DNA of 64,000 nucleotides from Thermoplasmata archaeon (GTDB lineage: Archaea > Thermoplasmatota > Thermoplasmata > Lutacidiplasmatales > UBA184), in assembly GCA_035623855.1 (NCBI GenBank), contig DASPSQ010000009.1:26413-90412 (forward strand), read 5' to 3'. Both the position numbers and the translations under genes were made by a program. Within the stretch, counting starts at the first letter, position 1, and each line of letters opens with the position of its first letter. Shown here piece after piece: positions 39,749-47,686 of this stretch. The notes under the pieces were generated by a model. It made no database searches. It was not told the origin of the DNA and was given only the letters and a program-made list of their open reading frames with translations.

Positions 39749-40780
39749 TCAGGGCGGAACCGAAAGGGGTGGGTCTGCGACCTTCAGGAGTTGCTTACCG
39801 AAATTCTCGCCGCTGAACAGCCGCGCGAGGGTCTTCGGCGCTTTCTCGAGCCCGACCGCGATGTCCACTTTCTGCTTGAGGCGTCCTTCGGCATGCCAGC
39901 CGGCGAGGACCGGCGCCGCTTCCGCAAACCGTGCCGCGTAATCGAGTATGATGAACCCCTCCATCCGGCCCCGCTTCGTGATCAGGAGAGGATAGTTCCT
40001 CAGCGGCCGGAACTCCCGACTCACGTAGTCGGATATCGCTCCGCACATCACGATCCGGGCGTGCAGGTTGATCCGGCCCAGCACCTCGTCGAGGATCTCG
40101 CCGCCGACGTTGTCGAAGTAGACATCGATTCCCTGCGGGCACGTCTCAGAAAGTCGGGGGCCGACTTTCTCCGCGCGATAATCGATAGCGGCATCGAATC
40201 CGGCTTCCTTCCGAAGCCAATCGCACTTCGCGGGACCTCCGGCGATACCGACGACCCGCGCTCCACGGATCTTGGCGATCTGTCCCGCGATCGACCCGAC
40301 GGCGCCCGCGGCGCTCGAGACCACGAACGTCTCCCCCGCTTGAACCCTCGCGATATCGACGACTCCGAAGTAGGCGGTCATCCCGGTGATGCCGAAGAGG
40401 CTCAGCGCCAACTCGGGAGGGATACGGGGAGGAACTCTCTGGACCGTGTTCAGGTCGCTCCCGCCGACGACGACGTAGTCTTGCCAACCGGTCAAGCCCC
40501 TCACCAGCTCGCCGACCTTGAAGCCTGCGCTCCGCGACTCGACCACCTGGCCGATCCCGGATGCGCGCATCACCCCGCCGATCGGAACCTTTGGAACGTA
40601 AGTGTCCACTTTCATCCATCCCATTTGCGTGGGGTCGCAGGAGAGCCATAGGGTCCTGAGGAGAATCTCTCCGTCCTTCGGCGGCGGGATCGAGGTCTCT
40701 ACCCACTTGAAGTTCTGTTCGCCGAACATACCTTCGGGTCGGCTCACGAGCAGCCACTGACGGTTCGGTCGACTCGCCAT
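39749..40780 (-). CDS. NADP-dependent oxidoreductase (prostaglandin reductase/CurA-like MDR)
   Basis: NRQWLLVSRPEG, GMTAYFG, SAAGAVGS, YFDNVGG, GENFGKQL; SD GAGGAGG before ATG 40780. Confidence 0.9.
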   Translation of the reverse strand: MASRPNRQWLLVSRPEGMFGEQNFKWVETSIPPPKDGEILLRTLWLSCDPTQMGWMKVDTYVPKVPIGGVMRASGIGQVVESRSAGFKVGELVRGLTGWQDYVVVGGSDLNTVQRVPPRIPPELALSLFGITGMTAYFGVVDIARVQAGETFVVSSAAGAVGSIAGQIAKIRGARVVGIAGGPAKCDWLRKEAGFDAAIDYRAEKVGPRLSETCPQGIDVYFDNVGGEILDEVLGRINLHARIVMCGAISDYVSREFRPLRNYPLLITKRGRMEGFIILDYAARFAEAAPVLAGWHAEGRLKQKVDIAVGLEKAPKTLARLFSGENFGKQLLKVADPPLSVPP

Positions 40781-40939
40781 CGGACCCCCTCCTCGAAGAA
40801 TCGAGACGGTTTCGTTGCCCGGAGCACCGAAGGCCAGCATAAGTCCGGCGCCCGAACCTCGAGTTGACGTAGCCCGGGTCGATCGCTGGGATTCTTCAAC
40901 CCCCGAAGGGTCGGGGGAGATTTTCACGTGACGGGGTGT

Positions 40940-41464
40940 TTAGGGAGGCCGCCTGTTCTTCGTGGACCGCTGGGCTCTGATCGGTCGACCTAGGATCCAT
41001 GCGCGATCAACGTACCGCATCGATCGGTACAGCCTGATCGCGGGCCGGTTCCTCGGCTGAACCTCTAGCCGGATCCAGTTGTATCCTCGCTGTTGGAACC
41101 GGCGCTCCACTTCCTCGAGGAGTCGACTTCCGACCCCGTGTCTCCGGAACCCCGGCGAAACATAGAGTTCGTAGATGATGCAAGGGCGGGCCCCTCGAAC
41201 GACCACCATGCGTTCGGCGGGCGAAAGAGGTGCCGGCAAGCCCACGACGAACCCGGCGGGTCGTCCACGACCGGCCTCCGCGAGCAGGAAAAGGCCCCGT
41301 CGTATTCGAGTTTGGCGAAGCAGCGACCGAGCGTAGGTGCCGCCAAAACCCGAGGCCGGGCGGTGCCGCAGTTGAGGGTCGAGGCGTGCCGCCTCGCGTG
41401 CATAGCTCACGCAGGATCGAGCCACGAAGGGGAAGTCGTTCGGGCGGTAAGGACGGATCTGCAC
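40940..41464 (-). CDS. GNAT family acetyltransferase
   Basis: ELYVSPGFRRHGVGSRLL, NRPAIRLY. Confidence 0.8.
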   Translation of the reverse strand: MQIRPYRPNDFPFVARSCVSYAREAARLDPQLRHRPASGFGGTYARSLLRQTRIRRGLFLLAEAGRGRPAGFVVGLPAPLSPAERMVVVRGARPCIIYELYVSPGFRRHGVGSRLLEEVERRFQQRGYNWIRLEVQPRNRPAIRLYRSMRYVDRAWILGRPIRAQRSTKNRRPP

Positions 41465-41583
41465 GGTCGCTCGGTAGCCTCGGATAGACCGCCATCAGGA
41501 AAAAGCACCCGATTTCCGTGCATGTATGGTAGTAGAGCGAACCTCGGCTGCCCGGGTCCGTCGGCACGCGTTTCTCACGGCTT

Positions 41584-41611
41584 GGGACTCGCAACTCAAA
41601 TCCCTCCCGCG
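41584..41611 (+). repeat. tRNA-Thr-derived repeat R7 (collapsed)
   Basis: GGGACTCGCAAC-TCAAATCCCTCCCGCG; right part is 15/16 identical to the tRNA T-loop/3' stem. Confidence 0.65.
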
Positions 41612-41682
41612 CGCGACCTTCCCCGTTTCGCTCCACGCGTTTAGCCGGCCGAGTGCCAGGGAGAAGGAATGGACCTTCAAGG

Positions 41683-41940
41683 TCAGGTCAGATCGCGGAG
41701 GCTCTCACGAATCTGAGTAAGGACCTCCTGCCGACGGGTCTTGGGCGCGTCCATGAACGCCTCCAGCATTCCCTCTAGGACCATCACGGAGGCCTTCTCG
41801 AGCTGGGCGTGCACCGCCAGGATCTGGCGGAGGACCTGGGTATCATCCTTGCCATCATCGACCATCCTGATGATTCCGTCGATATGGCCCTTGGCCGACA
41901 CGAGACGTTCCCGGACGGCAACCTGCGGTGACTCCGGCAT
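41683..41940 (-). CDS. CsoR/RcnR-family transcriptional regulator (no cysteines)
   Basis: RERLVSAKGHIDGIIRMVDDG...QVLRQILAV matches the family's RL..I.G...GI..M......L.QI.AV pattern. Confidence 0.8.
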   Translation of the reverse strand: MPESPQVAVRERLVSAKGHIDGIIRMVDDGKDDTQVLRQILAVHAQLEKASVMVLEGMLEAFMDAPKTRRQEVLTQIRESLRDLT

Positions 41941-42005
41941 TCCACCACGCCATCCCATCCGGTAGCATTAATCCTTCCCCTCAAAGCACCGCTCCGCCGG
42001 AGGGC

Positions 42006-42056
42006 TTATAAATCCCCGCCCCCATGGTCCCCTATCCCCCCCCGGGGGGTAGGGAC
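42006..42056 (+). promoter_or_regulatory. TATA box followed by a C-tract/G-tract palindrome (CsoR-type operator)
   Basis: TTATAAAT at 42006-42013; GTCCCCTATCCCCCCCCGGGGGGTAGGGAC at 42027-42056, between the divergent regulator and transporter. Confidence 0.65.
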
Positions 42057-42064
42057 TGGCCTCC

Positions 42065-43465
42065 GTGTCAGATTCGACAGATCCTGCGGGGAGCACGGTC
42101 CGTAGTGCGACGGCGAATCCGTCCGGTGGCCGGGGGCAGATCGCAGCGGTTCAGAGGAGCGTCACGAACGCGCTCGCGCGGTCTGGCCGGATGGGGTTCG
42201 TCTCGCGGATTTACTTCCGGTACCGGCGGTTCTCGAAGCATCTTGCGATTCTTGCCGCGGTGATCGGCCCCGGTGTCATCGTGATGGTGGCCGATAACGA
42301 CGCCGGCGGGATCACGACGTACATGCTCTCTGGCGCGTACTATCGGTACAGTTTCATTTGGATCGTCTTGTTGCTCGGGCCGGTCGCGTACGTCTGCCAG
42401 GAGATGACCGTCCGACTGGGGGTCATGACCAAACGCGGTCACGCCCAAGCGATTTTCGAGGCGTTCGGCCCGTTCTGGGGATGGTTCTCGCTGAGCGACC
42501 TCACGCTCACCGATTGCCTCACCATCACGACCGAGTTCATCGGAATGACGATGGCCATGGCCGTGTTCGGAATCCCTCCCCTTTTCACCGAGATCGTCGT
42601 GATCACGTTCATCATGCTCATGCTGATCAACGGCCGGTACTGGACCTGGGAAAAGATCGTCCTCGCCATCTGCGCCGTGAACATGATCTACGTCCCGGTG
42701 GTCTTCTTCATCCATCCCAACGTCAGCGACATCTTCCGCACGGGGGTCGTCCCCGGCTTCCCCGAGGGGCTTGGCGGGCCGGTCATCTTCCTCCTCATGG
42801 CGACGATCGGAACCACGATTGCGCCCTGGATGATCTTCTTCCAGCAGAGCTCCGTGGTCGATAAGGGGCTCAAGAAGCGGGACGTTCCGTACGCCCGTTG
42901 GGACACCGCGATCGGATCGACGTTCACGGTCATCACCGCGGTCGCGCTCATCATCATCGCGACGCTCTTCTTTGGAGGGGACATGAGCCTCACCTCCGCT
43001 GGGCAGGCGGCGGGCCTGCTGATGGCGATTCACCCCTGGGTGGGCACGATCCTGGCCATCGGGCTGTTTGACGCCGGCCTCATCGGAGCATTGTCCGTCT
43101 CGTTGGCCAGCTCCTGGGCCGTGGGCGAAGTCTTCGGATGGTCCCACTCACTCAACGACCGCCTAGGGCAGGCGAAGTGGTTCAACGTGTTCCGTCTGAG
43201 CATCATGTGCATCGCCGGTAGCATCGTTCTGATTCCCGGGGCCCCGCTCGGGTTGATCACCCTCTTCGTCCAGGTCATCGCCGTGACCTTGCTGCCGGCC
43301 GCGTTGGTCTTCTTGATCGTGCTCCTGAACCAAGAGGAGCTGGTGGGAAGCTACAAGAACACGCGAGCCCAGAACATCATGGCCGGGACCATCGTTGGCG
43401 CCCTTCTAGCCCTCTCGACGCTCTATGCGGTCGGGACCATCTTACCGAAGCTGTTTGGAGGCTGA
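42065..43465 (+). CDS. NRAMP-related divalent metal transporter (probable Mg2+ NRMT subtype)
   Basis: IGPG...ADNDAGGI (DAGG instead of DPGN), QEMTVRLG, GTTIAPWMIFFQQS. Confidence 0.85.
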   Translation: MSDSTDPAGSTVRSATANPSGGRGQIAAVQRSVTNALARSGRMGFVSRIYFRYRRFSKHLAILAAVIGPGVIVMVADNDAGGITTYMLSGAYYRYSFIWIVLLLGPVAYVCQEMTVRLGVMTKRGHAQAIFEAFGPFWGWFSLSDLTLTDCLTITTEFIGMTMAMAVFGIPPLFTEIVVITFIMLMLINGRYWTWEKIVLAICAVNMIYVPVVFFIHPNVSDIFRTGVVPGFPEGLGGPVIFLLMATIGTTIAPWMIFFQQSSVVDKGLKKRDVPYARWDTAIGSTFTVITAVALIIIATLFFGGDMSLTSAGQAAGLLMAIHPWVGTILAIGLFDAGLIGALSVSLASSWAVGEVFGWSHSLNDRLGQAKWFNVFRLSIMCIAGSIVLIPGAPLGLITLFVQVIAVTLLPAALVFLIVLLNQEELVGSYKNTRAQNIMAGTIVGALLALSTLYAVGTILPKLFGG

Positions 43466-43471
43466 CGAAGC

Positions 43472-43645
43472 ATGACGGTGTTCCACGACGCAGCCGAGAA
43501 GCTACGCGAGATCAACCGGACCTATGCCGTCCCTCGAATTCGCATGACCGCCGGGACGAAGGCCGTCCTGATCCTCCTTCGGATCTATCTGCTCACTCTG
43601 GTGAGCTTGCTCCTCTATTCCTTGCTCACCCGTGCCGGGGTCTAG
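43472..43645 (+). CDS. Small single-TM protein (57 aa), not in the ORF track
   Basis: MTVFHDAAEKLREINRTYAVPRIRMTAGTKAVLILLRIYLLTLVSLLLYSLLTRAGV; GGAGG upstream; sits within the operon. Confidence 0.7.
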   Translation: MTVFHDAAEKLREINRTYAVPRIRMTAGTKAVLILLRIYLLTLVSLLLYSLLTRAGV

Positions 43646-43685
43646 GGAGGGGGGCGAGGGTGGCGCGCCGGAGGTCGCGTGGAAA

Positions 43686-45053
43686 ATGATTTCGTCCAAC
43701 GATCCCGAGAGGAAGACCGCGCCCCCAAGGGGGGCGAATGGGGGTAGTCCGGCAAGTTCGGCGGCCCGCATCCGAGAGATCGAGGAGGCCCAGTATCTCG
43801 AGGTGAGCGAGCTCGTGGATCGCAAGGTCCGAACGGAGGCCGGCGCGACGCTCGGGCGGCTCCAGGATTTCATCTTTACCGATGACCCGAAGTACGCCGA
43901 AGTGACCCACTTGGTGGTTCGCCGGGCGTTCGGCCGACCACCGTTGAAGGTGCCATGGTCCCAGGTTCTCCGCATGGACCCTTCGGAGACGGTCGCGAGG
44001 GATCTCGCCGAGGGGACCGAGTACGAGAGCATCGAAGATACCGGCGAGCTGTTGCTCCTGCGCGACCGGATTCTCGACAAACGCATTCTCGATACCCGAG
44101 GCTTGGGGATTGACGTGGTCTACGACATCCAATTGCTAAGGGCGGGCAACCAGCTCTTCATCGTGGCGGCGGTGACGGGTCCGGAGGCCCGGCGGCGTCG
44201 CCTGGGTCTCTGGGGAAAGGTCGCCGCTTCCGTATCCGAGGGCCACGTCCCCGAGGAGCGGATTCCTTGGAAGTACGTTCAGCCCATCGGCCCCGAACTC
44301 ACGAGCACCGCGGGCGACGTGCGACTCACGGTCACTCGGGAAGCTCTGGGCAGGATTCCCCCGGTCGATGTGGCCGATATCCTCGAGGAGCTCAGCCGCG
44401 AGGAGCGGCTCACCCTCTTCAACGCCCTCGACACCAGGGCAGCGGCCCTCGCCCTGGAAGCGACGGAGCCCCGGGTGCAGCGGGAGATCATTGCGGACAC
44501 CGAGGCAGCCCGGCTCGGGCAGATCATCGTTCACCTTTCCCCCGTGGAGATCGCCGACATCGTCACCATCCTCCCCGACGACGACGCCCGCGAGCTGCTG
44601 GGGATGCTGAAGGGAGAGGTCGCCACGAAGGTGCGGTCAATCGTCGAGGAGCACGAAGTGCCCGCCCTCACCCTCGCGGTCCACACGTATCTCGAGTTTC
44701 CCGGGGAGACCCCGGTCGAGGAAGCGTTCGCGAGGTTCCGTCGGGAGGCTCCGAAGTGCCTCGTTACGATGTACATCTACGTGGTCGATGCGGACCGGCA
44801 CCTTCGAGGAGTTGTCGACATCAATGAGCTCCTGCAAGCCGACCCCGTGCGGCCGCTCGAGGAAATCATGACCCAAGGACTGGTCACCGTCTCCCCGCAA
44901 ACGAGCTGGACTCAAGTGCTCGAGCTCTTCCGCAAGTACCGGTTTCGGGCGATTCCCGTGGTGGACGACTCTCGGAAGATTCTCGGAGTGATTCGCGAGA
45001 AGGACGCCTTCGTCCTCGAGGACGAGGAAGTGCGCTCGAAGCGTCGCCTCTAG
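43686..45053 (+). CDS. Soluble MgtE-like protein (PRC-barrel, MgtE N-terminal and CBS domains, no TM domain)
   Basis: PVDVADILEELS, YIYVVDADRHLRGVV..ELL, KYRFRAIPVVD; ends without a TM region. Confidence 0.8.
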   Translation: MISSNDPERKTAPPRGANGGSPASSAARIREIEEAQYLEVSELVDRKVRTEAGATLGRLQDFIFTDDPKYAEVTHLVVRRAFGRPPLKVPWSQVLRMDPSETVARDLAEGTEYESIEDTGELLLLRDRILDKRILDTRGLGIDVVYDIQLLRAGNQLFIVAAVTGPEARRRRLGLWGKVAASVSEGHVPEERIPWKYVQPIGPELTSTAGDVRLTVTREALGRIPPVDVADILEELSREERLTLFNALDTRAAALALEATEPRVQREIIADTEAARLGQIIVHLSPVEIADIVTILPDDDARELLGMLKGEVATKVRSIVEEHEVPALTLAVHTYLEFPGETPVEEAFARFRREAPKCLVTMYIYVVDADRHLRGVVDINELLQADPVRPLEEIMTQGLVTVSPQTSWTQVLELFRKYRFRAIPVVDDSRKILGVIREKDAFVLEDEEVRSKRRL

Positions 45054-45100
45054 CGAGGCCTCTGAACCCGGACTTCATGCCCTTCCCTCGTCTCCCTTCG

Positions 45101-46726
45101 TCAACGGGTGCGGTCGGCTCGCCTCGAGCCGGCGGTCGTCGGGTTCCGTGGTCGTCGTCCGGGGCGTTCGGCCTGTCGGTCGGGGACCGGGGCCAAGGGC
45201 CCGGACTCCTGCGGTTCCCTCTTCGGGAGCAGTCGGCCACGGAGCCACAGGGCTGACAAAAAGGCCGCGAGGACGAGGAACGCGGCGGCGAGGAAGACGT
45301 CGGCGTACGAGCCCGCAAGAGCGTTCCGGAGCGCCGAAGGAATGGCCGCCCCCGAGCTCAGCTGCCGGAACCGGTCGGTCTGGTAGATCGTGAGGAGCGA
45401 GATCCCGATCGCTCCTCCCAGGCTTTGAAAGAACCGCGTCAAACCGACTGCCGCGCCGATCTCCGCCGGGGGAGCCTCGTTCTGGACGGCAACCGTCGCC
45501 CCCGCAAGGGCGAGGCCGAGGCCGAAGCCGACGGGGATCAGCGGCAGGACCAGCCCTCCGACGGGGACGAACCCGTAGGCGAGCCGCCAGAGAGGCGTTG
45601 AGGCCGTCACCGTGCCCAGGGCGAGCGCGGCCAAGCCCGAGACCAACAGCCCGGGCGCGACCATCGCGCGGTACGAGACCCGATCGAGAAGCGGTCCGGA
45701 GAGAGCCGCACCGACGATCATCGGGATTGCAAAGAAGTAGATCACGTCGCGGATCTCCGCGGCCGAACCCCCCAGCACGAGCCCGACATACAGGGAAAGG
45801 AACGTCAGGGATCCGCTGAAGACCACGCCGAGGAAGAGCATGATCGCGCTCGAGGACCCTACGACCCGTTCCCCCAGCATTCGAAGAGGGACGAGCGGCT
45901 GGGGATGACGGAGTTCCCAGAAGAGGAAGGTGAAGAACAGGGCCACGGCTGTGATGAGTAGCGCGAGGGTCGCGGGGTCCGTCCATGTCCAGCCGTCTTC
46001 CGAAATCTGGACGAGCGGGAGCATCAGCGCGGCCACCCAGGACGAAAGGAGCACGGCTCCCGGCAGATCGAACGAGCCTCGAGACTCGGGACGCAGCGGA
46101 CCCACCACCGCCCAAATGATGACGAAACCGAAGAGGCCGAAGGGGAGGTTAATGTAGAACACCCACCGCCATGTGGTCACCGACACGATGTAGCTGCCCA
46201 GGAGCGGCCCCGCTACGATCGCCACTCCGGCCGCGCCGGTCAGCGCTCCGATCACTTTGGCCCGCACTTGGGGAGGGTAGAGGAGCGCGACCATCGCGAT
46301 CGCCACCGGGAATACGGCTCCTCCACCGAACCCCTGCATACTGCGGAAGGCGATCAGCTCCCCGAGCGTCTGGCTCAAGCCGGCGAGCGCCGATCCGACG
46401 ATGAAGATCACGAGACCGACGAGAAACACGTTCCGGCGGCTCGAGATGTCCGAAAGGCGTGCGAAGATGGGAATCGCGAGGGTTGAGGCGATGAGGTATC
46501 CCCCGACGACGAACGGGGCTCCGTTGACCTGGTGCAGGCTGCTCGCGATGGTGGGGAGTACGGTCGACACGACAAGGCCGTCCATTGCACCCATCAGGAT
46601 CGCGAGGAAGACGCCGGTCAGCACGAGCGCGCTCGCGCGGGGCGAAAGTGTCGGAGAGGCCGTGGTGGCCGGACCCGTCCTGACGCCGTTCCCCGGTCGA
46701 ATTCCTGAGCGAGTCGGGTCGGTCAT
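45101..46726 (-). CDS. MFS efflux transporter (DHA2/EmrB-QacA)
   Basis: AMDGLVVSTVLPTI, RLSDISSRR, RSMQGFGGG, WRWVFYINLPFG. Confidence 0.9.
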   Translation of the reverse strand: MTDPTRSGIRPGNGVRTGPATTASPTLSPRASALVLTGVFLAILMGAMDGLVVSTVLPTIASSLHQVNGAPFVVGGYLIASTLAIPIFARLSDISSRRNVFLVGLVIFIVGSALAGLSQTLGELIAFRSMQGFGGGAVFPVAIAMVALLYPPQVRAKVIGALTGAAGVAIVAGPLLGSYIVSVTTWRWVFYINLPFGLFGFVIIWAVVGPLRPESRGSFDLPGAVLLSSWVAALMLPLVQISEDGWTWTDPATLALLITAVALFFTFLFWELRHPQPLVPLRMLGERVVGSSSAIMLFLGVVFSGSLTFLSLYVGLVLGGSAAEIRDVIYFFAIPMIVGAALSGPLLDRVSYRAMVAPGLLVSGLAALALGTVTASTPLWRLAYGFVPVGGLVLPLIPVGFGLGLALAGATVAVQNEAPPAEIGAAVGLTRFFQSLGGAIGISLLTIYQTDRFRQLSSGAAIPSALRNALAGSYADVFLAAAFLVLAAFLSALWLRGRLLPKREPQESGPLAPVPDRQAERPGRRPRNPTTAGSRRADRTR

Positions 46727-46748
46727 GGTACCACCGCGTTCGAATATA

Positions 46749-46765
46749 ACTGACTACAAGTTAGT
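46749..46765. promoter_or_regulatory. Putative TetR operator in the AT-rich divergent promoter
   Basis: Imperfect palindrome ACTGAC-TACAA-GTTAGT between the MFS and TetR genes. Confidence 0.45.
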
Positions 46766-46857
46766 ATAAAATCTTTAAGTCATTTAATGTGCGACAGGAA
46801 AGAGATTATACGCTGGGAAGGGGTTCTCCGTTCCGACGGCGAGGGCGTCGGCCGGTC

Positions 46858-47460
46858 ATGCCAAAGGTCGTTCCCGAGTACAAGGAGCAGGCCCGGGCGA
46901 GGATCGTGGAAGCGGCCGCTGCAGTGTTCAAGCGGGAGGGCTTGCCCGCCGGCACGATGGACGAAATCGCGCGTGAGATCGGAGTGAGCAAAGGGGCGCT
47001 CTACCTCTACTTCCCGACGAAGGCCCGCCTCCTCGAGGCCGTCCAAGCGAAGTATCGTGCCCAGTACATCGGAACACTCGAGAGACGGCTTGAGCACGGT
47101 GACGTGGCCGAAGGAATCGTCGACTCGATCGATGGGATCCTCTCGGGCGAGTTCGACCCGTCCGTGTTTCACCAGCTCGTGATGAGCGCCGGGACTGAAC
47201 CCGAAGTACGGGAAGCGATGCGTGCCGACGCCCGGGGGGACCGAATCGAACTTCGGAAGCTCCTGAAGCACCTCGAGGCTGAGGGACGCATCCCACGGAT
47301 GAAGGACCCGGAGGCCACGGTGGACGCGGTGATACTCCTCCTCCAAGGGACGTTCATGGGCGCGGCCCTGCGGGGCGACCCGAAGGAAAGCCGTGAGCAG
47401 CTCGTTCGCGCGCTTCGTCTGGTGCTCGGCCCTCCCTCCCGAGGTCCGAGACGAAACTGA
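46858..47460 (+). CDS. TetR/AcrR family regulator
   Basis: RARIVEAAAAVF...GTMDEIAREIGVSKGALYLYFPTK. Confidence 0.9.
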   Translation: MPKVVPEYKEQARARIVEAAAAVFKREGLPAGTMDEIAREIGVSKGALYLYFPTKARLLEAVQAKYRAQYIGTLERRLEHGDVAEGIVDSIDGILSGEFDPSVFHQLVMSAGTEPEVREAMRADARGDRIELRKLLKHLEAEGRIPRMKDPEATVDAVILLLQGTFMGAALRGDPKESREQLVRALRLVLGPPSRGPRRN

Positions 47461-47527
47461 GTCCGCGTTCGATGAGAACGGATACCCAGACGGAAGTTCC
47501 GAAGTCGGGAAAGCAGCTTCAGCGAGT

Positions 47528-47567
47528 GAGGGATTTGAACCCTCAGTTCACCTCCATTCCGCGGTTG
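47528..47567 (+). repeat. tRNA-Thr-derived repeat R8 (subtype A)
   Basis: GAGGGATTTGAACCCTCA-GTTCACCTCCATTCCGCGGTTG; first 17 nt are 16/17 identical to the reverse complement of the tRNA T-arm. Confidence 0.8.
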
Positions 47568-47686
47568 ACGTTCCTGCATTTCCTCCGAGAAACCCACCCC
47601 GAGCGGGAGTCACGCGGCAGACCCACGGCACAATCCGACGTGGCCCCGAGGGCTAATCTAATCGAGTGCGATTTTGACGCGCGGTC

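Larger units (their letters stand above)
32083..47567. mobile_element. tRNA-Thr-anchored array of repeat-delimited accessory gene cassettes, no integrase seen (right boundary uncertain)
   Basis: Eight degenerate direct copies of the tRNA-Thr 3' end separate unrelated accessory genes. Confidence 0.7.

Noticed and set aside
40888..40904. GGGATTCTTCAACCCCC as a collapsed repeat between the oxidoreductase and GNAT
   Set aside because: The position fits a cassette boundary, but the match is short and lacks the CTCCCGCGG tail.
33290..47567. Repeats R1-R8 as a CRISPR array
   Set aside because: Spacing is 0.7-6 kb with whole genes in between, the repeats are tRNA-derived, and no cas genes are present.
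33290..47567. Repeats as additional tRNA genes
   Set aside because: They lack the D-arm, anticodon arm and 5' acceptor strand.
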